Under the pieces are notes generated by a model. That model did no database searches, was not told the origin of the DNA, and was given only the letters and a program-made list of their open reading frames with translations. The translations under genes were made by a program, and so were the position numbers. From Thermodesulfobacteriota bacterium (GTDB lineage Bacteria > Desulfobacterota > Desulfobulbia > Desulfobulbales > JBFMBH01), in assembly GCA_040755095.1 (NCBI GenBank), contig JBFMBH010000002.1, positions 49,210 to 113,209 of the forward strand: 64,000 bases of DNA, read 5' to 3'. Shown here piece by piece: positions 49,176 to 58,373 of the stretch. Each line of letters starts with the position of its first letter. The stretch's first letter is position 1.

Positions 49176-49697
49176 ATGACGGATGCCAGGATCGTCGTTC
49201 TGGTGGCGGACATCACCACCCTGGCGGTGGACGCCATCGTCAATGCCGCCAACTCCTCGCTCCTGGGGGGCGGTGGCGTGGATGGTGCCATCCACCGGGC
49301 GGCCGGCCCCGACCTCGTGGCCGAGTGCCGGACCCTGGGCGGCTGCCCGACCGGGGAGGCCCGGCTGACCCGGGGCTATCGGCTGCCGGCCCGCTTCGTC
49401 ATCCACACCGTGGGGCCGATCTGGCGGGGCGGCCATGCCGGCGAGGCGCAGCTCCTGGCCCGCTGCTACCAGAGCGTCTTCGCCATTGCCGCTGATCAGC
49501 ATTGCACCTCCCTGGCCTTTCCAGCCATCAGCACCGGCGCCTACGGCTTTCCCAAGGACCAGGCCGCCGCGATCGCGGTGGCCGAGACCCGGGCCGCCCT
49601 GGCCCGCCTGCCGCTTCTGGCCCAGGTGACGTTCGCGGTCTTCGACCCGGCCGGCGAGCGCTGCTACCAGACCGCCCTGGCCGCGGATCCGGCCTGA
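49176..49697 (+). CDS. Macro-domain protein (O-acetyl-ADP-ribose deacetylase, YmdB-like)
   Basis: Motifs [33 protein letters not shown] and [15 protein letters not shown]. Confidence 0.88.
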   Translation: MTDARIVVLVADITTLAVDAIVNAANSSLLGGGGVDGAIHRAAGPDLVAECRTLGGCPTGEARLTRGYRLPARFVIHTVGPIWRGGHAGEAQLLARCYQSVFAIAADQHCTSLAFPAISTGAYGFPKDQAAAIAVAETRAALARLPLLAQVTFAVFDPAGERCYQTALAADPA

Positions 49698-49700
49698 GCG

Positions 49701-51092
49701 GTGGCGGCTTCTCCTCCCCGGTCCCGCGCTGGCCGGAGGGCCGGCACCGGCCAACCCTTCGACCTGAAGATCGAGCGTCTGGTGGCCGGCGGCCGCGGCC
49801 TGGGCCGCGGCCCGGACGGCCGGGTGGTGCTGGTGCCCCTGGTGCTGCCCGATGAGGCCGTGCGGGTGCAGCCGATCGCCAGCCGGCGGGACTACACCGA
49901 GGCCCGGCTGCTGTCCATCCTCAGCCCCAGCCCCCTGCGGGTCTCCCCGCCCTGCCCCCTGTTCGGCCGCTGCGGCGGCTGCGATCTCCAGCATGCCGCA
50001 CCGGCCGCCCAGGCCGATCTCAAGACCGCCATCCTCACCGATGCCTGGCAGCACATCCTGGGCCGCTCGACCGGCGAGCTGGCCGGCGTCCTGGCCCCGC
50101 CTGTGCCGGCCCCGGATCCTCTGGGCTACCGGCTGCGCCTGCGCCTGCACACCGATGCCGCCGGCCGCCTGGGCATGCGCCGGGCGCTTTCCCACACCCT
50201 GGCGCCGGTTCGTCACTGCCCGGTGGCGACGCCGCCGGTGAACGATCTTCTGGCCGTCTGGGCCGACTGCGGCCCGGCCCGCCAGCTGGCCCGCCGGGCC
50301 GCCACCGTGGAGGTCGCCGCCGGCTGGCCGCCCGGCGAGGCTTTCGTCATCGCCCGCCTGGCGGGCGCGGCCGGCAGCCGGGAGCGGCAGCTGGCCCGGG
50401 CCGCTGGGGCGGCCCTCCCCGGCTGTGCGGCCGTGGCTGTGCTCGCGAGGGACCAGGACAGCGGCTGGTCCACCGACCCGGCCGCCCGGCTCCGCATCCG
50501 GCTGCCGGTGGGCCCCGGCGGCCCGGACCTGGCACTGGCGGTGGCGCCCGGCTCCTTCTACCAGGTGAATGGCCGCCAGAACGAGGCCCTGGTGGCCTGC
50601 GTCCTCGCCTTGGCCCAGGCTGCCCCCGGCCGCCGGATCCTGGATCTCTTCTGCGGCATGGGCAACCTCTCTTTGCCCCTGGCCAGAGCCGGGGCCCAGG
50701 TTCTCGGACTCGACCAGGCGGCGAGCGCCATCCACGCCGCCTTGGCCAATGCCGAGGCCGGTGGTCTTGCCGGTCGCGCCCGCTTCGAGACCGCCGAGGC
50801 TGCTGCTGGCCTGGCTCGCCTCCAGGCCGCCGGCCGGTGCTTCGACCTGGTGCTGCTCGATCCGCCCCGGGGCGGCTGCCCGGAGGTGGCCCAGCTCCTG
50901 GCCCGCTCCCCCTGCCCGGCGGCCCTGGTCGTCTCCTGCGATCCCGTCACCCTCATGCGGGACCTTTCCACCCTGCTGGCCGCCGGCTACGCCCTGGACC
51001 GCCTGCAGCCCCTGGACATGTTCCCCCAGACCCATCACCTGGAGACCGTGGCTCTCCTCCACTGGGCCGGGCCGCCGGCGGCTGCTGCCTGA
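49701..51092 (+). CDS. RumA/RlmD-type 23S rRNA (uracil-C5)-methyltransferase
   Basis: TRAM-like N-terminus, Fe-S motif CPLFGRCGGCDLQH, FYQVN, SAM motif LDLFCGMGNLSLPLA, LDPPRGG, VSCDPVTL. GTG start. Confidence 0.85.
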   Translation: MAASPPRSRAGRRAGTGQPFDLKIERLVAGGRGLGRGPDGRVVLVPLVLPDEAVRVQPIASRRDYTEARLLSILSPSPLRVSPPCPLFGRCGGCDLQHAAPAAQADLKTAILTDAWQHILGRSTGELAGVLAPPVPAPDPLGYRLRLRLHTDAAGRLGMRRALSHTLAPVRHCPVATPPVNDLLAVWADCGPARQLARRAATVEVAAGWPPGEAFVIARLAGAAGSRERQLARAAGAALPGCAAVAVLARDQDSGWSTDPAARLRIRLPVGPGGPDLALAVAPGSFYQVNGRQNEALVACVLALAQAAPGRRILDLFCGMGNLSLPLARAGAQVLGLDQAASAIHAALANAEAGGLAGRARFETAEAAAGLARLQAAGRCFDLVLLDPPRGGCPEVAQLLARSPCPAALVVSCDPVTLMRDLSTLLAAGYALDRLQPLDMFPQTHHLETVALLHWAGPPAAAA

Positions 51093-51144
51093 CCAGACGC
51101 ATGGCCTTGAGCACGGAGATGTGCATCAGGCCGGGAAATCCTGG

Positions 51145-51174
51145 TTGACAGGTCCGACTGGCCCGCGGGATAAC
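51145..51174 (+). promoter_or_regulatory. Candidate promoter (TTGACA, 18-nt spacer, GATAAC) upstream of the membrane sensor kinase
   Basis: Consensus -35 read directly, about 85 nt before ATG 51259. Confidence 0.35.
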
Positions 51175-51258
51175 GGAGCCAGGGAGGCTTGCGGCCCGCC
51201 GCCGGACTGGCCGGCCACGGACCGCAAGCCGGCCTTCCCGCAATCCAGGGGGTGGGCC

Positions 51259-53253
51259 ATGGCCATGACCGGGGAGGGGCACCAGGCGGCAGACGGGACC
51301 GGCGCTGCCTTGCTGGCCAGCAGCCAGACCGCTCCCTTGGCCCGTCACAGCCGGGCCGAGCAGCGCTGGTATCTTGTCGTCCTCGCCGGGCTGGTCGCCG
51401 GCCTGGGGCTCTGGTATCCGGTCCTGGCCCGGTCGTCCTACCGGGGCAGTCCGGACGTCCACGCCACCCTCGAAGTCGCCGGTGCCCTCATGGGGCTCAT
51501 CACCGGCTACTCCCTGGTGACGCGCTTTGCGGCCCTGGGCAATCGCTTCCATCTCTTCATCGGCCTCGCCTTCTTTGTGAACGGTGCCGAGGACTTCGTG
51601 CATGGGCTCCTGCCGTTCGAGGCCATGCACCTTCTGGCTGATATCGGCCATGCCGATCTCGACCACGTCATCCCGGCCACCGATGTCACCGGCCGGCTGC
51701 TCTTCGGCCTCCTGCTCCTTCTGGCCATCCCCGCCGGCCGCCTGCTGCCGGAGAGCGCCAGGCCAAGGCAGGAGACGCTTCTGGTCTCGATCCCGGCCAT
51801 CCTGATCCCGGCCCTGGCCACCGGGGCCGCCTTCCAGCTGCAGCTGCCCCCGGTGGTCCATCCGGAGAGCGCTCTTCCCCGGCCCCTGGACTTCGTGGCG
51901 GCGCTGATCCTCCTTCTGGCCCTGGCGGCCTTTCTTCTGGAGTACCGGCGCAGCCGGGACATGCTCCTGTGGTGGATCGCCCTGTCCATTGGCCTCAACG
52001 TGGTGGGCCAGGGGATGGTGTCGTTCTCCCGGGCGCTGTACGACCCCTTCTTTGACTTCGCCCATGCCTGCAAGGTCATGGGCTACGCGGCGCCGCTCCT
52101 GGGCTTCTCCCTGTACCAGATCGGGGTCATTGCCGAAAGGCAGCAGGTGGAGCGGAAACTGCGGGCGGCCCACGAGCGGTTTGCCGTGGTGCTGGACAGC
52201 ATCGACGCCCTCATCTATGTCGCGGACCTGGACAGCCACGAGATCCTGCTCATCAACCGGTGCACCCGGGATACCTTCGGCGAGATCACCGGCCGGCTGT
52301 GCTGGCAGACCATCCAGCAGGACCAGACCGGGCCGTGTGATTTCTGCAGCAACGGGCAACTGGTCGACGCTGCCGGCCGGCTGCAGGGCACCTATGCCTG
52401 GGAGCAGCAGAACACCCGCAACCAGCGCTGGTATGCCCTCAGGGACCGGGCGATCCACTGGGTGGACGGACGCCTGGCCCGCATCACCATCGCCACGGAC
52501 ATCACCGCCGGCAAGCAGGCCCAGGCCGAGCGGGAGCGGCTCATCGGCGAGCTGGAGAGCAAGAACGCCGAGCTGGAGCGCTTCACCTACACCGTTTCCC
52601 ACGATCTCAAGAGTCCTTTGATCACCATCGCCGGCTTCGTCGGTCTCCTGGAGAAGGACGCCCTGGCCGGTGATGTCACGCGGATGAGGTCGGATATCGC
52701 CCATATCCGCACTGCGGCCGAGCAGATGAAGGAGCTTCTGGACGACCTTCTGGAGCTGTCCCGTATCGGCCGGATTGTCCATCCGCCCCAGGTGGTGCCG
52801 GTGGGCGAGCTGGCCCAGGCCGCGGTGGGCCTGGTGGAGGGTCGCGTCCGGGAGCGGGGCGTCCAGGTGCTCATCCAGCCTGAGCTGCCCGCTGTCTTTG
52901 TGGACAAGGCCAGACTGACCGAGGTCTTCCTGAACCTGGTGGACAATGCCGTCAAGTTCATGGGCGACCAGCCGGAGCCCCGGGTGGAAATCGGCGCCCG
53001 GCAGGAGGGGGGGGAGGTTCTATGCTGGGTGCGGGACAACGGCAGCGGCATCGAGCCGCGCTACGCCAGGAAGGTGTTCGGCCTTTTCGAGCGCCTGGAC
53101 CAGCGGGCCGAGGGCACCGGGATCGGCCTCACCCTCGCCAAGCGCATCGTCGAGGAGCACGGTGGCCGCATCTGGGTGGAATCGGAAGGGGACAAGAAAG
53201 GGTCGACGTTCTTTTTCACCGTGCCAGTCCGGAAGGAGGGGGAGCCGTCATGA
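51259..53253 (+). CDS. Membrane sensor histidine kinase (about 8 TM, PAS, HisKA, HATPase_c)
   Basis: Multiple hydrophobic helices. PAS with CW...PCDFC motif. H-box FTYTVSHDLKSPL. G boxes VRDNGSGI and GTGIGL. Confidence 0.88.
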   Translation: MAMTGEGHQAADGTGAALLASSQTAPLARHSRAEQRWYLVVLAGLVAGLGLWYPVLARSSYRGSPDVHATLEVAGALMGLITGYSLVTRFAALGNRFHLFIGLAFFVNGAEDFVHGLLPFEAMHLLADIGHADLDHVIPATDVTGRLLFGLLLLLAIPAGRLLPESARPRQETLLVSIPAILIPALATGAAFQLQLPPVVHPESALPRPLDFVAALILLLALAAFLLEYRRSRDMLLWWIALSIGLNVVGQGMVSFSRALYDPFFDFAHACKVMGYAAPLLGFSLYQIGVIAERQQVERKLRAAHERFAVVLDSIDALIYVADLDSHEILLINRCTRDTFGEITGRLCWQTIQQDQTGPCDFCSNGQLVDAAGRLQGTYAWEQQNTRNQRWYALRDRAIHWVDGRLARITIATDITAGKQAQAERERLIGELESKNAELERFTYTVSHDLKSPLITIAGFVGLLEKDALAGDVTRMRSDIAHIRTAAEQMKELLDDLLELSRIGRIVHPPQVVPVGELAQAAVGLVEGRVRERGVQVLIQPELPAVFVDKARLTEVFLNLVDNAVKFMGDQPEPRVEIGARQEGGEVLCWVRDNGSGIEPRYARKVFGLFERLDQRAEGTGIGLTLAKRIVEEHGGRIWVESEGDKKGSTFFFTVPVRKEGEPS

Positions 53254-53723
53254 GCCAGCAGCGATTGCAGGGGGAGCCGCTGACGATTCTGTTCGTGGAG
53301 GACAATCCGGCCCATGCCGAGCTGGTCATCCGCAGCTTCGAGGACCAGCGGGTCGCCAACACCATCCACCACGTGGCCGACGGCGAGGCGGCCCTGGACT
53401 ATCTGCTGCGCCGGGGCGCCTATGCCGCGCCGGCGGACAGCCCGCGTCCCCATGTCATTCTCCTGGACCTGCGGCTGCCCAAGGTCGACGGCCTGGAGGT
53501 GTTGAAGCAGATCCGGCTGTCCGCCGAGCTGCGCACCCTGCCGGTGGTGGTTCTCACCACCTCGGCCAGCGAGGCCGATGCCGCCAAGGCCTACGACTAC
53601 CATGCCAACAGCTACCTGGTGAAGCCCCTGGATTTCGCCAAGTTCTCGGAGCTGATGGAGGACCTGGGCTTCTACTGGCTGGGCTGGAACTACTACCCTT
53701 TTTCCCGGCCGGGCCGCGACTGA
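53250..53723 (+). CDS. Single-domain response regulator (Rcp1/CheY-like)
   Basis: Motifs ILFVEDN, ILLDLRLPKVDG, VVVLTTS and NSYLVKP. The ATG overlaps the kinase stop. Confidence 0.9.
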   Translation: MSQQRLQGEPLTILFVEDNPAHAELVIRSFEDQRVANTIHHVADGEAALDYLLRRGAYAAPADSPRPHVILLDLRLPKVDGLEVLKQIRLSAELRTLPVVVLTTSASEADAAKAYDYHANSYLVKPLDFAKFSELMEDLGFYWLGWNYYPFSRPGRD

Positions 53724-53734
53724 GGAACGGTGCG

Positions 53735-56161
53735 ATGGCTCCCCCGGACATCCATATCCTGCTGGTGGAAGACGAGGCAGCCCACGTCGAGCTGATCCGG
53801 CGATCCCTGGAGGGGATGCCGGGTCGGGTCCGGTTGTCGGTGGCGTCCACCCTGGGGGAGGCCAACGACCTCCTGGCTCTCGGCGTCCCGGACCTGCTGA
53901 TCTGCGACTACCTGCTCCCGGACGGCAAGGGCACGGACCTGCTGCCCAACAGCAAGGGGGCTGCCCCCTATCCGGTCCTGATCATGACCAGCCACGGCAG
54001 CGAGACAGTGGCTGTGACGACCATGAAGTCCGGCGCCCTGGACTACCTGGTGAAATCCGAGGCCACCCTGGCGGCCATGCCCCGCATCGTCGAGCGAACC
54101 CTGCGGGAGTGGGGGCACATCCTCGAGTACCGGCAGGCCGAGGCCCGGGTCAAGCTCAACCTGGAGCGCCTGGAGGCCTTGCTCAGCCTCAGCCAGACCC
54201 CCTGGAGCTCCGAACGGGAGCTGATCGAGGCCTCCCTGGAAGAGGGGGTGCGCCTGACTGGCAGCGATGGCGGCTATCTGCACTTTCTCGACGAGGACGC
54301 CGGGACGGCGGCGCTCTATGCCTGGTCCCGGGAGGTGAAGAAGGCCTGCCAGGTCCAGGAGCCGTCCCATTACCCCCTGGCGCGGGCCGGCATCTGGGCG
54401 GACAGCGCCCGCCGCCGCGAGCCCGTCATCCACAATGACTATTCGTCGGAGTCCAGCCGCCACGGGCTCCCCCCAGGGCACTTCCCCGTTCAGCGGCACC
54501 TGAGCGTTCCCATCAGGGACGGGGACCGCATCGTCGGCATCTGTGGGGTGGGAAACAAAAAGACGCCGTATGACGAGGCCGATGTCCTCCAGCTGTCTTT
54601 GTTCATGAACAGCATGTGGAGCATCCTGACCCGGCTGCGGATGGAAAACGAGCTCCGGCAGAGCAAGCAGGCCTGGGAGAACACCTTTGACGCCATCGGC
54701 GACGTGGTCACCATCCTCGATCGGGAGATGCGGATCGTCAAGGCCAACCAGGCCACCTGCCGGCTGCTCGGGCAGGACCTGGGCGGGATCGTGGGCCAGC
54801 ACTGCTACCAGGCCTTCCGGATGGGCGACGCGCCCTGCCTCGGCTGCGCCGGCCGGCGGGCCATCGCCGAGCACCACTTTCTCACCGCCGAGGTCTATCA
54901 CCGCAACCTGCAGCGGTTCTTCCTGCTCTCCTTTTCGCCGATCTTCGACGAGCACCACCAGTTCACCGGGGTGGTGCACACCGCCAAGGACATCACCGAG
55001 CTCAAGGGCCTGGAAGGCCAGATCCGGCACATGCAGAAGATGGAGGCCCTGGGAACCCTGGCCGGCGGCATCGCCCATGACATGAACAACATCCTGACAC
55101 CGATCATGGGCTACGCCGAGATCGTCCAGAGCCAGCTGCCCAAGGGGAGCCGGCTCTGGGCCAACCAGGGGGAGATCCTGGCCGCCGGCCTGCGGGCCAA
55201 GGAGCTGGTCAAGCAGATCCTCACCATCAGCCGCCAGGGGGAGAGCGAAAAAAGGCCGATCCGGATCCAGCCCATCGTCAAGGAGACCCTGAAGCTCATC
55301 CGCTCGTCCATCCCGACCACCATCAGCATCGAGCAGGCCATCGACCCGGACTGCGGCCCGATCATGGCCGATCCGACCCAGATCCATCAGGTGCTCATGA
55401 ACCTGTGCACCAACGCCTACCAGGCCATGCGGGAGAAGGGCGGGGTGCTGGCGGTGTCGCTGGCCGAGAAGGAGCTCGGCCCGGCCGACGCCAAGACCCA
55501 GTTTCAGCTGGAGCCTGGGGAATATGTGTGCCTGGCGATCAGCGACACCGGCTCCGGCATCCCGCCGGAGATCCGGGAGCGGATCTTCGAGCCCTACTTT
55601 TCCACGAAGAAGGATGCCCAGGGCACCGGTCTGGGGCTGGCGGTGGTCCATGGCATCGTCCAGAGCCACCGGGGACACATCTCGGTGTACAGCGAGCCGG
55701 GCAAGGGCTCCACCTTCCGGATCTACCTGCCCCGGATCCACGATCAGGTGGACAGCCAGCAGGCGGCCCTGGCGCCGGGGATCCCGGGCGGCTCCGAGCG
55801 CATCCTGCTGGTGGATGACGAGGAGCCGATCATGGAGATGGAAAGGCAGATTCTGGAGGAGCTGGGCTACCGGGTGACCGCCTTCTCCAACAGCCCGGAC
55901 GCCCTGGCGGAGTTTCTGGCCCATCCGGACCGCTATGATCTGGTCATCACCGACATGACCATGCCCTCGCTCACCGGCGCCGAGCTGGCGCAGAGGATGC
56001 TGGCCGCACGGGCCGGACTGCCGATCGTTCTGTGCACCGGGTTCAGCGAGCTGATCGATGGCGAGAAGGCCAGGCGCCAGGGCATCAAGGCCTTTCTTAT
56101 GAAGCCGGTGTCCATTCGGGAGCTGGCCACGGTGATGCGGGAGCTGCTGGAGGGGAAATGA
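53735..56161 (+). CDS. Hybrid sensor kinase (REC-GAF-PAS-HisKA-HATPase_c-REC)
   Basis: N-terminal REC (ILLVEDE...LLICDYLLPDG...LVKS), GAF, PAS with CY...PCLGC, H-box GIAHDMNNILTPI, G boxes, C-terminal REC (LVITDMTMP...LMKP). Confidence 0.9.
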   Translation: MAPPDIHILLVEDEAAHVELIRRSLEGMPGRVRLSVASTLGEANDLLALGVPDLLICDYLLPDGKGTDLLPNSKGAAPYPVLIMTSHGSETVAVTTMKSGALDYLVKSEATLAAMPRIVERTLREWGHILEYRQAEARVKLNLERLEALLSLSQTPWSSERELIEASLEEGVRLTGSDGGYLHFLDEDAGTAALYAWSREVKKACQVQEPSHYPLARAGIWADSARRREPVIHNDYSSESSRHGLPPGHFPVQRHLSVPIRDGDRIVGICGVGNKKTPYDEADVLQLSLFMNSMWSILTRLRMENELRQSKQAWENTFDAIGDVVTILDREMRIVKANQATCRLLGQDLGGIVGQHCYQAFRMGDAPCLGCAGRRAIAEHHFLTAEVYHRNLQRFFLLSFSPIFDEHHQFTGVVHTAKDITELKGLEGQIRHMQKMEALGTLAGGIAHDMNNILTPIMGYAEIVQSQLPKGSRLWANQGEILAAGLRAKELVKQILTISRQGESEKRPIRIQPIVKETLKLIRSSIPTTISIEQAIDPDCGPIMADPTQIHQVLMNLCTNAYQAMREKGGVLAVSLAEKELGPADAKTQFQLEPGEYVCLAISDTGSGIPPEIRERIFEPYFSTKKDAQGTGLGLAVVHGIVQSHRGHISVYSEPGKGSTFRIYLPRIHDQVDSQQAALAPGIPGGSERILLVDDEEPIMEMERQILEELGYRVTAFSNSPDALAEFLAHPDRYDLVITDMTMPSLTGAELAQRMLAARAGLPIVLCTGFSELIDGEKARRQGIKAFLMKPVSIRELATVMRELLEGK

Positions 56162-56240
56162 CGGTGGCGGCGCCGGTCACCCACGTCAACCGCCGGCGGC
56201 CGGGGCGCCCGCTGCCGGAAATCCGTGCCGGCCCAGGCCA

Positions 56241-58373
56241 TCAAGGGACCGCTGTGCGGGATCCCTCTGTGCACGGCGGCCCGCTATCTCCTGGAGTTTC
56301 TGCGCTGATCGAGGTTTTGCGGTCCAGGACCGCCCGCACCGCCCCCAGAAGCTCCCGCCTGCGGACCGGCTTCTGGAGGTATTCGGCAAAGCCCGCCGCC
56401 AGGGCCTCTTCCCGGTCGAGGCGGTCGCTGTGGCCGGTGGCCAGGATGACGGGACAGTCCGCGCGGACGGCGCGCACCTGCCGGGCCAATTCCAGGCCGC
56501 TCTTGCCGGGCATGGTCATGTCGGTGATGACCAGGTCGAAGTGATCCGGGGCCCAGCGGAAGATCTCCCAGGCCTGAACGCTGTCGCGCAGGGTGAAGAC
56601 CGTGTAGCCGGCCGGCTCGAGCACCCGGCGGTAGAGGTCGAGGAGCTGGCCCTCATCGTCCACGGCGAGAATCCGTTCGGTGCCGGTGGGCGGTGTGGTG
56701 CCGCCGCCGGCGGCACCTGCTGGCCGTTCCTGGTCCGGGGCTGCATGCACCGGCAGGTGAACCTTGAAGGTGCTGCCCTGGCCGGGCGCGCTCAGCACCC
56801 GGATGAAGCCGCGGTAGCCCTTGACGATGCCATGCACCACCGCCAGCCCCAGTCCGGTCCCCTCCCCTTCCTTCTTGGTGGTGAAATAGGGCTCGAAGAT
56901 CTTTTCCAGGATGGCCCTGTCCATCCCCACCCCGGAATCGCTCACCTCGAGCTGGAGATAGTCGCCCGGCATGCTGCCCTCGCCGGGCGGCAGGTCCTCC
57001 GGATCGAGGGTCACCCGGCGCAGCGACACCGCCAGCGTCCCGCCGGCGTCCCGCATGGCGTGGTAAGCATTGGTGCACAGGTTCATGACGACCTGGTGGA
57101 TCTGGCTCGGGTCGGCGAGCACCTTGTCCATGGCGATGATGTTCTGCCGGATGGTGATGGAGGCGGGCAGGGAGGAGCGCAGGAGCTTCATGGCCTCCTT
57201 GACGATGAGGGCGGCCTGGAGCGGCTGCAGGTCCTTTTCCGCCTTGCGGCAGAAGGTCAGGATCTGCTGGACCAGCTCCTTCGCCCGCTGGGCCGCGGTC
57301 AGGATGTTGGCGAGATAATCCTTCAGCCGGGGGGAGAGGGTCCCGTCTTCCATCGTCATCTCGGCATAGCCGAAGATCGCGCCCAGGATGTTGTTGAAAT
57401 CGTGGGCAATGCCGCCGGCCAGCGTGCCGATGGCCTCCAGCTTCTGGGCCTGCCGCAGCTCACGCTCCAGCTCCTTGCGGCCGCTGATGTCCCGGTTCGA
57501 GGCCCGGAAGCCCAGGAAGGCCCCGGCCCCATCCAGGACCGGACGGCAGACATGCTCGATCCAGACCACCGTCCCGTCGGGCCGCCGGATCCGGAACTGG
57601 ATCTCCCGCAGCGGCAGCCCCTCCCGGCCCTCTTCATGGAAGTGCTGCTCCCAGACAGGCAGGTCCTCGGGCACCACGATCCGGTGCAGCAGATCGGGGT
57701 CAGCGAGGAAGTCCTGCGGGGCATGGCCGGAGATCCGCTGGCAGGAAGGGGAGATGTAGCGGAAGGAGCCGTCCGGCGCCTGCCAGTATTCCCAGTCATG
57801 GGTGAAATCGGCCACGGTCCGGTAGCAGGCTTGCGCCTCCTCCAGGTCCTGGGTTTTTTCCCGGAGCTGGGTGGTGCGCTCGGAGACCAGCAGCTCCAGA
57901 TGGCGCTGCATCCGGGCGAGGGTGAGGTGGGTGCGCACCCGGGCCAGCACCTCGGCGCTCTCGAAGGGCTTGGTGATGTAATCGACGCCGCCGGTGGCAA
58001 AGGCGCGCACCTTGTCCTCGGCGTCGTCCAGGGCGCTGATGAAGACGACTGGAACGTCACGGGTGAGCGGGTCGTCCTTCAGCAGCCGGCAGACCTCGTA
58101 GCCATCCATGTCCGGCATGCGGATGTCCAGCAGGATGAGGTCCGGCGGGGTGGCCCGGGCAGACTGCAAGGCGAACGCCGGGCTGATCGTCGGCCGCACG
58201 AGATAGCCGGCCCCCTCCAGGATGCCGGCCAGGAGATCGAGGTTGGCCGGTATGTCGTCGACGATGAGAATGCCGCCCGCACCAGGCCCGTTCAGGGAAG
58301 GGGATGAGGATGCCATGCCGTCCATGGTGTCTGCCTCGGGACTCATGAGCAGGAGGTCCAGGAGTTTCTTCAC
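56241..58373 (-). CDS. Hybrid sensor kinase (REC-PAS-HisKA-HATPase_c-REC)
   Basis: N-terminal REC (ILIVDD...ILLDIRMPDMDG...ITKP), PAS, H-box GIAHDFNNILGAI, G boxes, C-terminal REC (LVITDMTMPGKSG...LQKP). The GTG start overlaps the upstream stop. Confidence 0.9.
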   Translation of the reverse strand: MKKLLDLLLMSPEADTMDGMASSSPSLNGPGAGGILIVDDIPANLDLLAGILEGAGYLVRPTISPAFALQSARATPPDLILLDIRMPDMDGYEVCRLLKDDPLTRDVPVVFISALDDAEDKVRAFATGGVDYITKPFESAEVLARVRTHLTLARMQRHLELLVSERTTQLREKTQDLEEAQACYRTVADFTHDWEYWQAPDGSFRYISPSCQRISGHAPQDFLADPDLLHRIVVPEDLPVWEQHFHEEGREGLPLREIQFRIRRPDGTVVWIEHVCRPVLDGAGAFLGFRASNRDISGRKELERELRQAQKLEAIGTLAGGIAHDFNNILGAIFGYAEMTMEDGTLSPRLKDYLANILTAAQRAKELVQQILTFCRKAEKDLQPLQAALIVKEAMKLLRSSLPASITIRQNIIAMDKVLADPSQIHQVVMNLCTNAYHAMRDAGGTLAVSLRRVTLDPEDLPPGEGSMPGDYLQLEVSDSGVGMDRAILEKIFEPYFTTKKEGEGTGLGLAVVHGIVKGYRGFIRVLSAPGQGSTFKVHLPVHAAPDQERPAGAAGGGTTPPTGTERILAVDDEGQLLDLYRRVLEPAGYTVFTLRDSVQAWEIFRWAPDHFDLVITDMTMPGKSGLELARQVRAVRADCPVILATGHSDRLDREEALAAGFAEYLQKPVRRRELLGAVRAVLDRKTSISAETPGDSGPPCTEGSRTAVP

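Noticed and set aside
49695-49703. The macro-domain ORF and the RumA-like ORF are in the same frame, separated only by TGA-GCG. This could suggest selenocysteine insertion or read-through fusion.
   Set aside because: The TGA falls after the complete macro domain and before the TRAM domain, not at a known Sec position. A GTG start follows immediately. I see no obvious SECIS-like hairpin just downstream. A same-frame arrangement is expected by chance one time in three.
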